A DNA stretch of 64,000 nt, taken from an uncultured Chloroflexota bacterium (GTDB lineage: Bacteria; Chloroflexota; Dehalococcoidia; Lucifugimonadales; UBA1127). The translations under genes were made by a program, and so were the position numbers. Under the pieces are notes generated by a model. It was given only the letters and a program-made list of their open reading frames with translations, made no database searches and was not told where the DNA came from. The DNA is taken from NCBI GenBank assembly GCA_913045315.1, contig CAJWQJ010000007.1:8549-72548 (forward strand), written 5' to 3'. Below, piece after piece: positions 21,704-29,663 of the stretch. How positions within the stretch are numbered: position 1 is the stretch's first letter; each line of letters begins with the position of its first letter.

Positions 21704-22105
21704 ATGCCAGTTGGCGACATAATAAAAGTATTAGTAGCAAAACCAGGATTAGACGGTCATGACAGAGGAGCTAAAGTAATTGCAAGAGCATTACGAGATG
21801 CCGGAATGGAGGTTGTTTATACAGGAATAAGACAATCACCAGCTATGATTGTAGAAGCTGCTGCTCAAGAAGACGTAGATGTTGTTGGACTCTCTATATT
21901 ATCTGGTGCACATAATGAGTTGGTTCCTCCCATAGTTGATTCTCTTAAGGATCAAGGTCTAAATGTCATGGTTGTGCTCGGTGGAATTATACCAGAAAGT
22001 GATAGACTGGAATTAAAAAACAACGGGGTAAGTGAAATTTTTGGCCCAGGATCCAACACTCAAGATATAGCAAATTTCATAAAAGAAGAAATATCCAAAA
22101 AATAA
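21704..22105 (+). CDS. methylmalonyl-CoA mutase, cobalamin-binding (small) subunit
   Basis: 133 aa. Has the DxHxxG motif (GLDGHDRGAKV) and a GGIIP block. Confidence 0.85.
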   Translation: MPVGDIIKVLVAKPGLDGHDRGAKVIARALRDAGMEVVYTGIRQSPAMIVEAAAQEDVDVVGLSILSGAHNELVPPIVDSLKDQGLNVMVVLGGIIPESDRLELKNNGVSEIFGPGSNTQDIANFIKEEISKK

Positions 22106-22108
22106 TTT

Positions 22109-22141
22109 TTTCTACTAATAAGCAACTCTGATTAGTAGAAA
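22109..22141 (+). terminator. hairpin after the mutase cluster
   Basis: TTTCTACTAAT (22109..22119) and ATTAGTAGAAA (22131..22141) are exact reverse complements with an 11-nt loop. The following T-tract is weak. Confidence 0.35.
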
Positions 22142-22161
22142 TTTAAGGTACCTTTATATCA

Positions 22162-22410
22162 GTGATTATAACAATCCGTGCATTTGCGATCTACCGAGAA
22201 ATACTTGGCAAAGACGAACTGAGTCTAAATATAGAGAACAATTCGACTGTTGAGGATGTGCTTGAACACTTGAAAAGACTGTATCCAAAAACATCCTCAT
22301 TAATAAATATTTCTATGTTTGCAGTTAATCAGCAATACCGAGAAATATCTCATATCTTAATTGATCATGACGAACTCGCATTAATTCCACCTGTAAGTGG
22401 AGGAAAATAA
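22162..22410 (+). CDS. moaD: MoaD/ThiS-family sulfur carrier (molybdopterin synthase small subunit), ends GG-K
   Basis: 82 aa, GTG start. The C-terminus reads DELALIPPVSGGK-stop. moaE follows immediately. Confidence 0.75.
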   Translation: MIITIRAFAIYREILGKDELSLNIENNSTVEDVLEHLKRLYPKTSSLINISMFAVNQQYREISHILIDHDELALIPPVSGGK

Positions 22411-22412
22411 GA

Positions 22413-22835
22413 ATGGCCCTTCAAAAAGTAATAATAACTCACGAAACACTTGAAACTGATAAATTAGTTAAATTATTAAGAAATCCCACAAATGGAGCCT
22501 TTGTAACTTTTGAAGGAGTTACTCGAAACAACTCAAATGGGAAAAATGTAAAGTATCTCGAATATGAAGCATATGAAGAAATGGCAAAAAATACTTTGCA
22601 TGAAATAATCAAAGAAATTTCACAAGAAACTAATGTAGATCAAATTTTGGTGGCTCACAGATTGGGTAAAGTAGAAATACAGGGCATAAGTCTAGTAATA
22701 GTTGTTGGAAGTGCTCATAGAGCTGAAGCTTTTTTAGCTTGCTCATCAATAGTCGATAGAATTAAGCAAAATGTCCCTATTTGGAAAAAAGAATTTTTTG
22801 AAGATGGTTCCTCTTGGGTAGGAATTGGTGGATAA
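22413..22835 (+). CDS. moaE: molybdopterin synthase catalytic subunit MoaE
   Basis: 140 aa. Contains GAFVTFEGVTRN...LEYEAYEEMA and a PIWKKE block. Confidence 0.8.
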   Translation: MALQKVIITHETLETDKLVKLLRNPTNGAFVTFEGVTRNNSNGKNVKYLEYEAYEEMAKNTLHEIIKEISQETNVDQILVAHRLGKVEIQGISLVIVVGSAHRAEAFLACSSIVDRIKQNVPIWKKEFFEDGSSWVGIGG

Positions 22836-22851
22836 TTCGATTGATAAATCC

Positions 22852-22875
22852 AAATTGTGACATATATCACAATTT
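22852..22875 (+). terminator. hairpin plus T-tract after moaE
   Basis: AAATTGTGA (22852..22860) and TCACAATTT (22867..22875) are exact complements with a 6-nt loop, running into a T-tract. Confidence 0.4.
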
Positions 22876-22948
22876 TAGCTTTGAATATAGTATTATTTAC
22901 TTATTGTCCAAGGCTTCAAAATGTTGATATATTAGAAATGTATCAAGT

Positions 22949-23042
22949 GGAGGGATCGCATAGTGGCCTAGTGCGGGCGCCTGCTAAGCGCTTAGGGGCT
23001 CAAAAGGCTCCTCCAGGGTTCGAATCCCTGTCCCTCCGCCAA
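22949..23042 (+). tRNA. tRNA-Ser (anticodon GCU), long variable arm, CCA encoded
   Basis: Acceptor GGAGGGA/TCCCTCC. Anticodon arm GGCGC-CUGCUAA-GCGCU. Variable-arm helix GGGGC/GCTCC. T arm CAGGG-TTCGAAT-CCCTG. Discriminator G followed by CCA. Confidence 0.9.
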
Positions 23043-23069
23043 TAATAAAGGTTAGAGAAAAAATATAAA

Positions 23070-24407
23070 TTGAAAAGTAAATTAGATATAAATCTTACCA
23101 GAGGATTAAAGCCAATAACTAATACTTTTTCACATGGAATGAAATTCCATCTATGGACAATTGGCTGCCAAATGAATATTGCTGATTCCGAAAGAATGGG
23201 CAGTGCATTAACGCAATTGGGTTTATCACCGACAAATTCTGCAGAAGAAGCTGATGTAATTGTTTTGAATTCATGCGTAGTAAGACAAAGTGCTGAAGAT
23301 AAAGTAACAGGACAACTTACCTCAATGAAACCACTAAAAAATTCTTCTGCACGTATAATAGCTTTAATGGGGTGTATGGTTGGCCCAGATACAAAATTGC
23401 TGAAGAAAAAATTCCCCTATGTAGATGTTTTTATGAGACCACAAGAATATGATCCTTTAATAGAGCTAGTAGGTGAACGAATAGGAATAGATCCCGCCGG
23501 CTGCATAGGACAATTACTTCCCGCAATAGACACAACTGCTTATATACCAATTATCCATGGATGTGACCTTTTTTGTTCATTCTGCATAATACCATACAGA
23601 AGAGGTCGTCAGGTCAGTAAGGAAATTGATGAAATTGCTCACGAAGCACAAATGCTTTCTCAACGTGGCGTCAAAGAAATTACTCTATTAGGGCAAACCG
23701 TTGACGCATACGGGCACGATCTTGAAAAACAAGTTGATCTATCTGACCTCTTATATAAACTGGATGGCATTGATGGATTAGAAAGAATACGATTCCTTAC
23801 TTCTCACCCTCAATTCATGAGCGAACGAATTATCGATGCAGTTGCGACATTGCCAAAAGTATGTGAGAACATTAATCTTCCCATTCAAGCTGGCGATGAC
23901 AATATACTTAAATCAATGCGGAGAACATACTCTATCGACGAATATCGAAACCTTATAGACAGAATCAGATCAAAAATAAATCATGTAAGCATTACAACAG
24001 ATATAATTGTAGGCTTTTGTGGAGAAACCAAAGAACAATTTCAAAACACTTTAAAAATAGTTGAGGAAATCCAATTTGATAAAGTTCATATAGCAGCATA
24101 CTCAACTCGTGAGGGGACCATAGCATTTAGAAAGCAAGTAGATGACGTTCCACTATCAGAAAAAAAACTACGAGTAAAAGAACTTGAAACTCTTCAACAG
24201 GAAATCTCCACAAGAATAAATTCAAAATATCTTGATTCTACTGAAAAGGTTTTAATCGATGGTCACGAAAGAGGAAAATGGAAAGGAAGAACAAGAACCG
24301 ATAAACTAGTATTTGTAGATTCAGATGAGTCCGATTTAAATGGCAAAACAAAAAATGTCAAAATAACAGATACAGGTCCTTGGTCACTTAAAGGAATCAT
24401 CATCTAG
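23070..24407 (+). CDS. miaB: tRNA-i6A37 methylthiotransferase MiaB
   Basis: N-terminal TIGCQMN, radical-SAM motif CDLFCSFC and a C-terminal TRAM domain. The start is uncertain: TTG at 23070 or ATG at 23139. Confidence 0.9.
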   Translation: MKSKLDINLTRGLKPITNTFSHGMKFHLWTIGCQMNIADSERMGSALTQLGLSPTNSAEEADVIVLNSCVVRQSAEDKVTGQLTSMKPLKNSSARIIALMGCMVGPDTKLLKKKFPYVDVFMRPQEYDPLIELVGERIGIDPAGCIGQLLPAIDTTAYIPIIHGCDLFCSFCIIPYRRGRQVSKEIDEIAHEAQMLSQRGVKEITLLGQTVDAYGHDLEKQVDLSDLLYKLDGIDGLERIRFLTSHPQFMSERIIDAVATLPKVCENINLPIQAGDDNILKSMRRTYSIDEYRNLIDRIRSKINHVSITTDIIVGFCGETKEQFQNTLKIVEEIQFDKVHIAAYSTREGTIAFRKQVDDVPLSEKKLRVKELETLQQEISTRINSKYLDSTEKVLIDGHERGKWKGRTRTDKLVFVDSDESDLNGKTKNVKITDTGPWSLKGIII

Positions 24408-24413
24408 AAACAA

Positions 24414-25634
24414 GTGAGAAATATGGAAAATACTGCAATAAAAAATAAATATACAGCAATTCCAATAACAGAATTAGAACAATCTGCATTTTGCCAAACA
24501 GAAAAACCTAAAACTGAAACTTTAGACGTTGAATTTGGTTCTGGTGTAAGATGGCAAAGCCTCCCAATTCAATACATGAAACTACCTCCTAAAGAAATTG
24601 AAACACAAATTCATAAAAAAAGAGCTATCCTCGGTCAAGAAGTGCTTATTCTAGGCCATCACTATCAAAGAGATGAAATAATCCAATTCGCCGATATTAC
24701 CGGAGATTCCTTCAAATTAGCTCAACATGCTGCAACAAATACTGAAGCCAAAACGGTCATTTTTTGCGGGGTACACTTTATGGCAGAAACAGCTGCTGCT
24801 TTGGCTCAACCTGACCAAAAAGTTATACTCCCAAACATGACTGCTGGATGCTCAATGTCTGACATGGCTAAACCTGAGGATGTTCTAGAATGTTGGAATA
24901 ATTTAAATGAAATTCTTGACATGAGTTCGATAACTCCACTTACCTACATGAATTCTGCTGCTTCTATCAAATCTCTTTGCGGAGAAAACAATGGATATGT
25001 ATGTACATCTTCAAACGCCGCAAAAGTTATGGAAAAAGCCTTTGAGCAAACTGATAAAATTCTTTTTTTACCAGACCAACATCTTGGTCGTAACACAGCA
25101 AAAACCCTTGGTATCCCTTTAGAAAAAATGATTGTCTGGAACCCTTATAAGGATCTAGGTGGTAACAGTCTGGAAAAAATTAAAGAATCTAAAGTAATCC
25201 TCTGGAAGGGGCATTGTTCAGTCCACACCAGATTCAACACAGATCAAATTTCAGAAGCTCGTGCTAAATATCCAGATATAAATATCCTAGTTCATCCAGA
25301 ATGCACTATGGAAGTAGTTGATTCAGCTGACTACGTAGGTTCAACTGAGTATATAAGAACGACCGTTGGAAATGCCTCCAAGGGATCAGTATGGGGCATA
25401 GGTACAGAAATAAGCATGGTAAACCGTTTAAGTAAGGCTAATCCTGACAAAACGGTATTTTGTTTAGACCCTATTGTCTGTCCATGCTCGACAATGTATC
25501 GAATTCATCCTGCTTACCTTCTGTGGGTAATCGACAATTTATTAGAAGGTAAAGTAGTAAATACTATCGACCTTGACCCATCCATAGCGAAAAATTCTAA
25601 AATAGCTTTGGATAGAATGCTTGCTATAAAGTAA
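24414..25634 (+). CDS. nadA: quinolinate synthase NadA (with N-terminal extension)
   Basis: Contains ILGHHYQRDEI, GVHFMAETA and VHPEC blocks. Followed by nadB and nadC. Confidence 0.85.
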   Translation: MRNMENTAIKNKYTAIPITELEQSAFCQTEKPKTETLDVEFGSGVRWQSLPIQYMKLPPKEIETQIHKKRAILGQEVLILGHHYQRDEIIQFADITGDSFKLAQHAATNTEAKTVIFCGVHFMAETAAALAQPDQKVILPNMTAGCSMSDMAKPEDVLECWNNLNEILDMSSITPLTYMNSAASIKSLCGENNGYVCTSSNAAKVMEKAFEQTDKILFLPDQHLGRNTAKTLGIPLEKMIVWNPYKDLGGNSLEKIKESKVILWKGHCSVHTRFNTDQISEARAKYPDINILVHPECTMEVVDSADYVGSTEYIRTTVGNASKGSVWGIGTEISMVNRLSKANPDKTVFCLDPIVCPCSTMYRIHPAYLLWVIDNLLEGKVVNTIDLDPSIAKNSKIALDRMLAIK

Positions 25635-25650
25635 TAAGTGTAGGAATAAT

Positions 25651-27192
25651 ATGAGTAGCCGCTACAATTATATAGTTATAGGTAGCGGAATTGCTGGGTT
25701 ACATGCATCGCTACTAGCAAAAGATTACGGTTCAGTTCTACTCCTTACAAAAGAATCTATTGAGGAATGCAATACCCTATATGCTCAAGGAGGTATCGCA
25801 GCAGCAATAGGCCCTGAAGATTCACCTGAACTTCATTTACAAGACACCCTTGATGCTGGTGCTGGAATTTGTAATGCTGAAGCTGCAACAATACTTACTT
25901 CTGACGGACCAAATGCAATAAGAGAATTGATACAATTAGGAATGATTTTCGATACTGTTCATGGAAGTATTACTCTTGGACAAGAAGCAGCCCATCGTGT
26001 TCCACGTGTACTGCATGCAGGAGGAGATGCAACAGGAGCTCATATCGAAACCACTTTAAGTAATTTATCCAAACAGTCCAGAATACAAATTCAAGAACAT
26101 ACTTTAGTAACAAAAATACTCATTAATGAAACAGGACGAGCATATGGTGTGGAAGTTTTCGATAAATCCTCACAACAACATAATACATTTTTTGGAGAAA
26201 ATCTCATTTTGGCTAGTGGCGGAGCAGGCCAATTATTTAAATATACTACTAATCCACAAGTTGCCACTGGTGAAGGTGTAGCACTTGCTTACACTGCAGG
26301 TGCAGCAGTAATGGATATGGAATTCTATCAATTTCACCCTACAGCATTGCATATCACTGGAGCACCACATTTTCTTATTTCGGAAGCAGTACGGGGTGAA
26401 GGTGGGGTTTTGCGAGATGCAAAAGGAATTCCATTCATGAAGAATTATCATGAACTCGCTGACCTTGCACCCAGAGATATCGTTGCTCGAGCAGTTTCTA
26501 TGGAAATGTCTAAATATAACTCCGAAAATGTATACTTAGACACAACTCATTTGTCATCGAAAAAAATTGTTACCCGTTTCCCAAATATTTACAAAACTTG
26601 TTTAGAATATGGTATCGATATAACAAAAGATTTAATCCCAGTTGCTTCTGCTGCACACTACATGATTGGAGGTGTTTTAACTAACACGCGAGGAGAAACT
26701 TCAATACCAGGATTATACGCATGTGGTGAAGTTACATGCAGTGGACTTCATGGAGCAAACAGACTTGCAAGTAATTCACTTCTCGAAACAGTAGTATTTG
26801 GACGTAGATTAATTCAAGCAACAATTGAAGAGAAATGGGAAGGCCCGGAAATTAATGATTTTATTACAATTCCAAATAGAAAAACCTCAGAAAACTCTGA
26901 AGAAATTCCAACACTGGAAAAAATACAAGCAATCATGTGGAACAATGTTGGAATATCAAGAAACCATAAGGGACTAATTGAAGCAGCTACAAAAATAAAT
27001 GAAATGGAAAAAAACGAAAAACTATGGGCAATCGAAAAAACAAAAACTTTACGTAATACCTTTCTTCTCGGAAAACTAATGGCTGAATCTGCATTGATGA
27101 GAACGGAAAGCCGTGGTGCTCATTACCGAACAGATTTTCCTGTTACTTCTTCTGATTGGAATAATCACATAGTATTGAAAGCAGATTTTTAA
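25651..27192 (+). CDS. nadB: L-aspartate oxidase
   Basis: FAD motif IGSGIAGL; also RESRGAHYR-like ESRGAHYRTDFP. 513 aa. Confidence 0.9.
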   Translation: MSSRYNYIVIGSGIAGLHASLLAKDYGSVLLLTKESIEECNTLYAQGGIAAAIGPEDSPELHLQDTLDAGAGICNAEAATILTSDGPNAIRELIQLGMIFDTVHGSITLGQEAAHRVPRVLHAGGDATGAHIETTLSNLSKQSRIQIQEHTLVTKILINETGRAYGVEVFDKSSQQHNTFFGENLILASGGAGQLFKYTTNPQVATGEGVALAYTAGAAVMDMEFYQFHPTALHITGAPHFLISEAVRGEGGVLRDAKGIPFMKNYHELADLAPRDIVARAVSMEMSKYNSENVYLDTTHLSSKKIVTRFPNIYKTCLEYGIDITKDLIPVASAAHYMIGGVLTNTRGETSIPGLYACGEVTCSGLHGANRLASNSLLETVVFGRRLIQATIEEKWEGPEINDFITIPNRKTSENSEEIPTLEKIQAIMWNNVGISRNHKGLIEAATKINEMEKNEKLWAIEKTKTLRNTFLLGKLMAESALMRTESRGAHYRTDFPVTSSDWNNHIVLKADF

Positions 27193-27201
27193 GGATACAT
27201 A

Positions 27202-28050
27202 ATGAATTTTCTACCTGATATTAAAACTTTAATACATGAAGCACTTAGAGAAGACTTGGGTTCGGGTGATATCACCACAAATATACTTGTAGATTCACAA
27301 ACACAAGCTGTAGGAGAATTAGTAGCAAAACAGGATGGTATTTTATGTGGTATCGGAATTAGCAAGGAAGTATTCCTTACTGTGGATCCAAGTTTAGATA
27401 TCAACATTAGTAAAAACGATGGGGATACCATTAAGTCTGGGGATTTATTAAGTGAAATCAAGGGATGTGCAAGTAGCATCCTCATAGCAGAAAGAGTTGC
27501 TTTGAACTTCCTGCAACACTTAAGTGGAATAGCAACAAATACATCACATTATGTATATGCTATCAATAACTTACCTGCAAAAATCATCGATACTCGAAAA
27601 ACCATACCCGGCTTAAGGGAATTAGCAAAATATGCTGTTCAAACAGGTGGAGGAAGCAATCATAGACATGGGCTTAGCGACGGTATATTAATTAAAGATA
27701 ACCACATTGAAAGTTTCAAAAAACAAGGCATGTCTATCAGTAAGGCAATATCTTTGGTTAAATCAAAGGCACCTCATACCCTTAAATTAGAGATTGAGGT
27801 AAAAAATATTGAGGAAGCAATAGAGGCTATAGAAGCAGGGGCAGAAATGATTCTGCTTGACAATATGAGCCCAGAAGATATGAAAGAAGTAGCTTCTATA
27901 AATCAAGGAAAAGCTCTACTAGAAGCTTCAGGTGGTATTACTCTAGAAACTGTATCTATGGTAGCAAAATCTGGTGTGGATCTTATCTCTGTAGGCGCAT
28001 TAACACATTCTAGCAAAGCATTAGATATCAGTTTAAATTTTAAAATCTAA
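27202..28050 (+). CDS. nadC: nicotinate-nucleotide pyrophosphorylase (carboxylating)
   Basis: Contains AERVALNFLQHLSGIAT, TRKT.PGLR and MLDNM blocks. Confidence 0.9.
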   Translation: MNFLPDIKTLIHEALREDLGSGDITTNILVDSQTQAVGELVAKQDGILCGIGISKEVFLTVDPSLDINISKNDGDTIKSGDLLSEIKGCASSILIAERVALNFLQHLSGIATNTSHYVYAINNLPAKIIDTRKTIPGLRELAKYAVQTGGGSNHRHGLSDGILIKDNHIESFKKQGMSISKAISLVKSKAPHTLKLEIEVKNIEEAIEAIEAGAEMILLDNMSPEDMKEVASINQGKALLEASGGITLETVSMVAKSGVDLISVGALTHSSKALDISLNFKI

Positions 28051-28069
28051 TTGATTAGCAGATACTTAA

Positions 28070-28513
28070 CTAGTTATCTGAATCAATCCAAAGCGTAAAC
28101 GGACCATCATTCTTGATATCAACAATCATTTCAGACCCAAAAATACCACTTACCAAAGAACAATTTGATTTACTAAACTCGTGGACAACATAATCGTAAA
28201 GGCCAATTGCATCTGAAGCATTTGAAGCAGCAATAAAACTAGGACGTCTACCTTTTTTAATCTCAGCATAAAGGGTAAATTGGCTAACAATTAACAATCC
28301 ACCATGTATTTCGTCAACAGACAATGCAAGTGGATTATCTTCTTTTGAAAAAAGTCGCAGGTTAAGCACTTTATTAATTATATAATTTGCAGTTTCAATA
28401 GTATCATTTCTTCCTATTCCTATAAAAACAGTTAATCCAATCCCAATAGAACCAATCAAACTATCATTTGACGAAACGGACGCATATTTAACTCGTTGAA
28501 TTAGTGCTCTCAT
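28070..28513 (-). CDS. dtd: D-aminoacyl-tRNA deacylase
   Basis: MRALIQRV N-terminus, SQFTLYA block and NDGPFT near the C-terminus. 147 aa. Confidence 0.85.
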   Translation of the reverse strand: MRALIQRVKYASVSSNDSLIGSIGIGLTVFIGIGRNDTIETANYIINKVLNLRLFSKEDNPLALSVDEIHGGLLIVSQFTLYAEIKKGRRPSFIAASNASDAIGLYDYVVHEFSKSNCSLVSGIFGSEMIVDIKNDGPFTLWIDSDN

Positions 28514-28519
28514 GGAATA

Positions 28520-28879
28520 CTAAGAGTTATTAGGGGTACCTGAAGCAGTATTCTTGTCTTTAGAACTAGTAGTTGATGCCCCTTCTATAGTAGAACCTGG
28601 GGAACCATCTTTACTAGAACCTGGGGGGGCATCTTTGGAGCCCTCAGAGGAGTTTTCGGATGATGGTTTATTTGAATCAGCCATAGCACTATTTTTTTTG
28701 CCATAATCATTAACGTACCAACCACTGCCTTTAAAAATTACACCTACAGGACTAATCATACGACGAGTCTCACCATTACAGTCCGTAATAGGACAATTCG
28801 TTAAGGCAGGGTCATGGAAACCTTGTTTGATTTCAAATTCATGACCACACAACAAACAACGATAACCATACGTTGGCAA
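28520..28879 (-). CDS. FmdB-family zinc-ribbon protein with low-complexity Ser/Gly/Pro tail
   Basis: PTYGYRCLLCGHEFE...CP..DCNG zinc ribbon. I place the start at the TTG at 28877..28879, 7 nt after GGAGGTG. The ORF track starts at 28903. Confidence 0.65.
   Translation of the reverse strand: MPTYGYRCLLCGHEFEIKQGFHDPALTNCPITDCNGETRRMISPVGVIFKGSGWYVNDYGKKNSAMADSNKPSSENSSEGSKDAPPGSSKDGSPGSTIEGASTTSSKDKNTASGTPNNS
28591..28638. repeat. imperfect 24-nt tandem duplication (x2) inside the FmdB-like tail
   Basis: tagaacctggggaaccatctttac followed by tagaacctgggggggcatctttgg, 19 of 24 identical. In frame; it encodes the SKDGSPGS / SKDAPPGS units. Contains a G7 run at 28623..28629. Confidence 0.7.
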
Positions 28880-28979
28880 AGAAAACACCTCCAATAAACT
28901 CAATTCTAAAAAAGCGTATCTTGTGAACTATTATAGTGTCAAGTTAAACCATATGATCCAATTAAATTCTTAGATAGAT

Positions 28980-29008
28980 ATATCTTATGGTATAGTTTGA
29001 TAAGATAT
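28980..29008 (+). promoter_or_regulatory. 9-bp inverted repeat bracketing an extended -10 (TGGTATAGT) upstream of the selenoprotein gene
   Basis: ATATCTTAT (28980..28988) and ATAAGATAT (29000..29008) are exact complements with an 11-nt spacer. The spacer region contains TGGTATAGT (28988..28996). The repeat is AT-rich and short, so chance is possible. Confidence 0.25.
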
Positions 29009-29034
29009 TAATTGGAACATGAAGGGAGTCAAAA

Positions 29035-29646
29035 ATGAAAAAAGAAAAAATAGTTCCAGTAACCGTATGGTATGACTACATTTGACCATGGTGTTATATC
29101 GGTCTGGATCGACTGATGCAATTAAACAATGAATACAATATCAAACTAGAAACCAAAGCATTTTTGCTTCGCCCAGATATACCGAAAGGTGGAATAGACA
29201 GGTCAAGCAACAAGGAATTCAGCAAAGAAATGACAGACCCAATAAGGACTGAAGCAGAATCTGCAGGGCTTACAATGTTCCGACAATCTCATACTCCATA
29301 TACAGTCCCTGCTCTTGAAGCTACTGAATTTGCAAAAAATTCAGGGCTTGAACTTCCATTCCATAAAGCAATTTATGAGCATTATTGGGCAAAAAGCGAG
29401 AACATTGAAAATGTTGAAGTGTTAACTCAAATTGGAAAAGATGTTGGACTTGATTCTTCTTTACTTTCCAAAACTCTAATTGATGGAACATATTCCCAAA
29501 CGATTTTAGAACAATATAATGAAGCGAGATCCTACGGAATATCTGGGATACCTGCCATAGCTATAGGTAAATACTTATTCACCGGAGCAAGACCTTATGA
29601 ATTTTTTCAAATGGTAATTGAAAAAGTTTTAGAAGAAAATGAATAA
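29035..29646 (+). CDS. DsbA/FrnE-family thiol:disulfide oxidoreductase, predicted selenoprotein (Sec at codon 17, UPWC motif)
   Basis: ATG at 29035 lies 6 nt after AAGGGAG (29022..29028). It reads MKKEKIVPVTVWYDYI-TGA(29083..29085)-PWCYIGLDRLMQLNNEY..., in frame with the track ORF 29116..29646. The TGA sits where the family's CPWCY(I/L)G motif has its first Cys. A hairpin follows, and selA is in the window. Confidence 0.7.
29093..29122 (+). promoter_or_regulatory. putative bacterial SECIS hairpin
   Basis: The core stem pairs AUCGGUC (29098..29104) with GACUGAU (29111..29117), 7 bp including one G-U. The apical loop is UGGAUC. A lower imperfect helix extends the structure to 29093/29122. The loop starts 19 nt after the UGA. 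Confidence 0.5.
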
Positions 29647-29663
29647 TTCACAAAGGATAATTA

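Noticed and set aside
22857-23045. 62-aa plus-strand ORF between moaE and miaB.
   Set aside because: Its 3' half is the tRNA-Ser(GCU) gene, so the ORF is an artefact.
29083-29085. An alternative explanation for the in-frame TGA: genome-wide reassignment of TGA (to Trp or Gly), or a pseudogene.
   Set aside because: TGA functions as a normal stop at full-length ends of fabD, the crotonase and 3372..3746. The interrupted gene keeps an intact frame, SD and conserved motif on both sides, and the TGA replaces a catalytic Cys. This is the signature of Sec, not of decay. A pseudogene cannot be fully excluded without homolog comparison.
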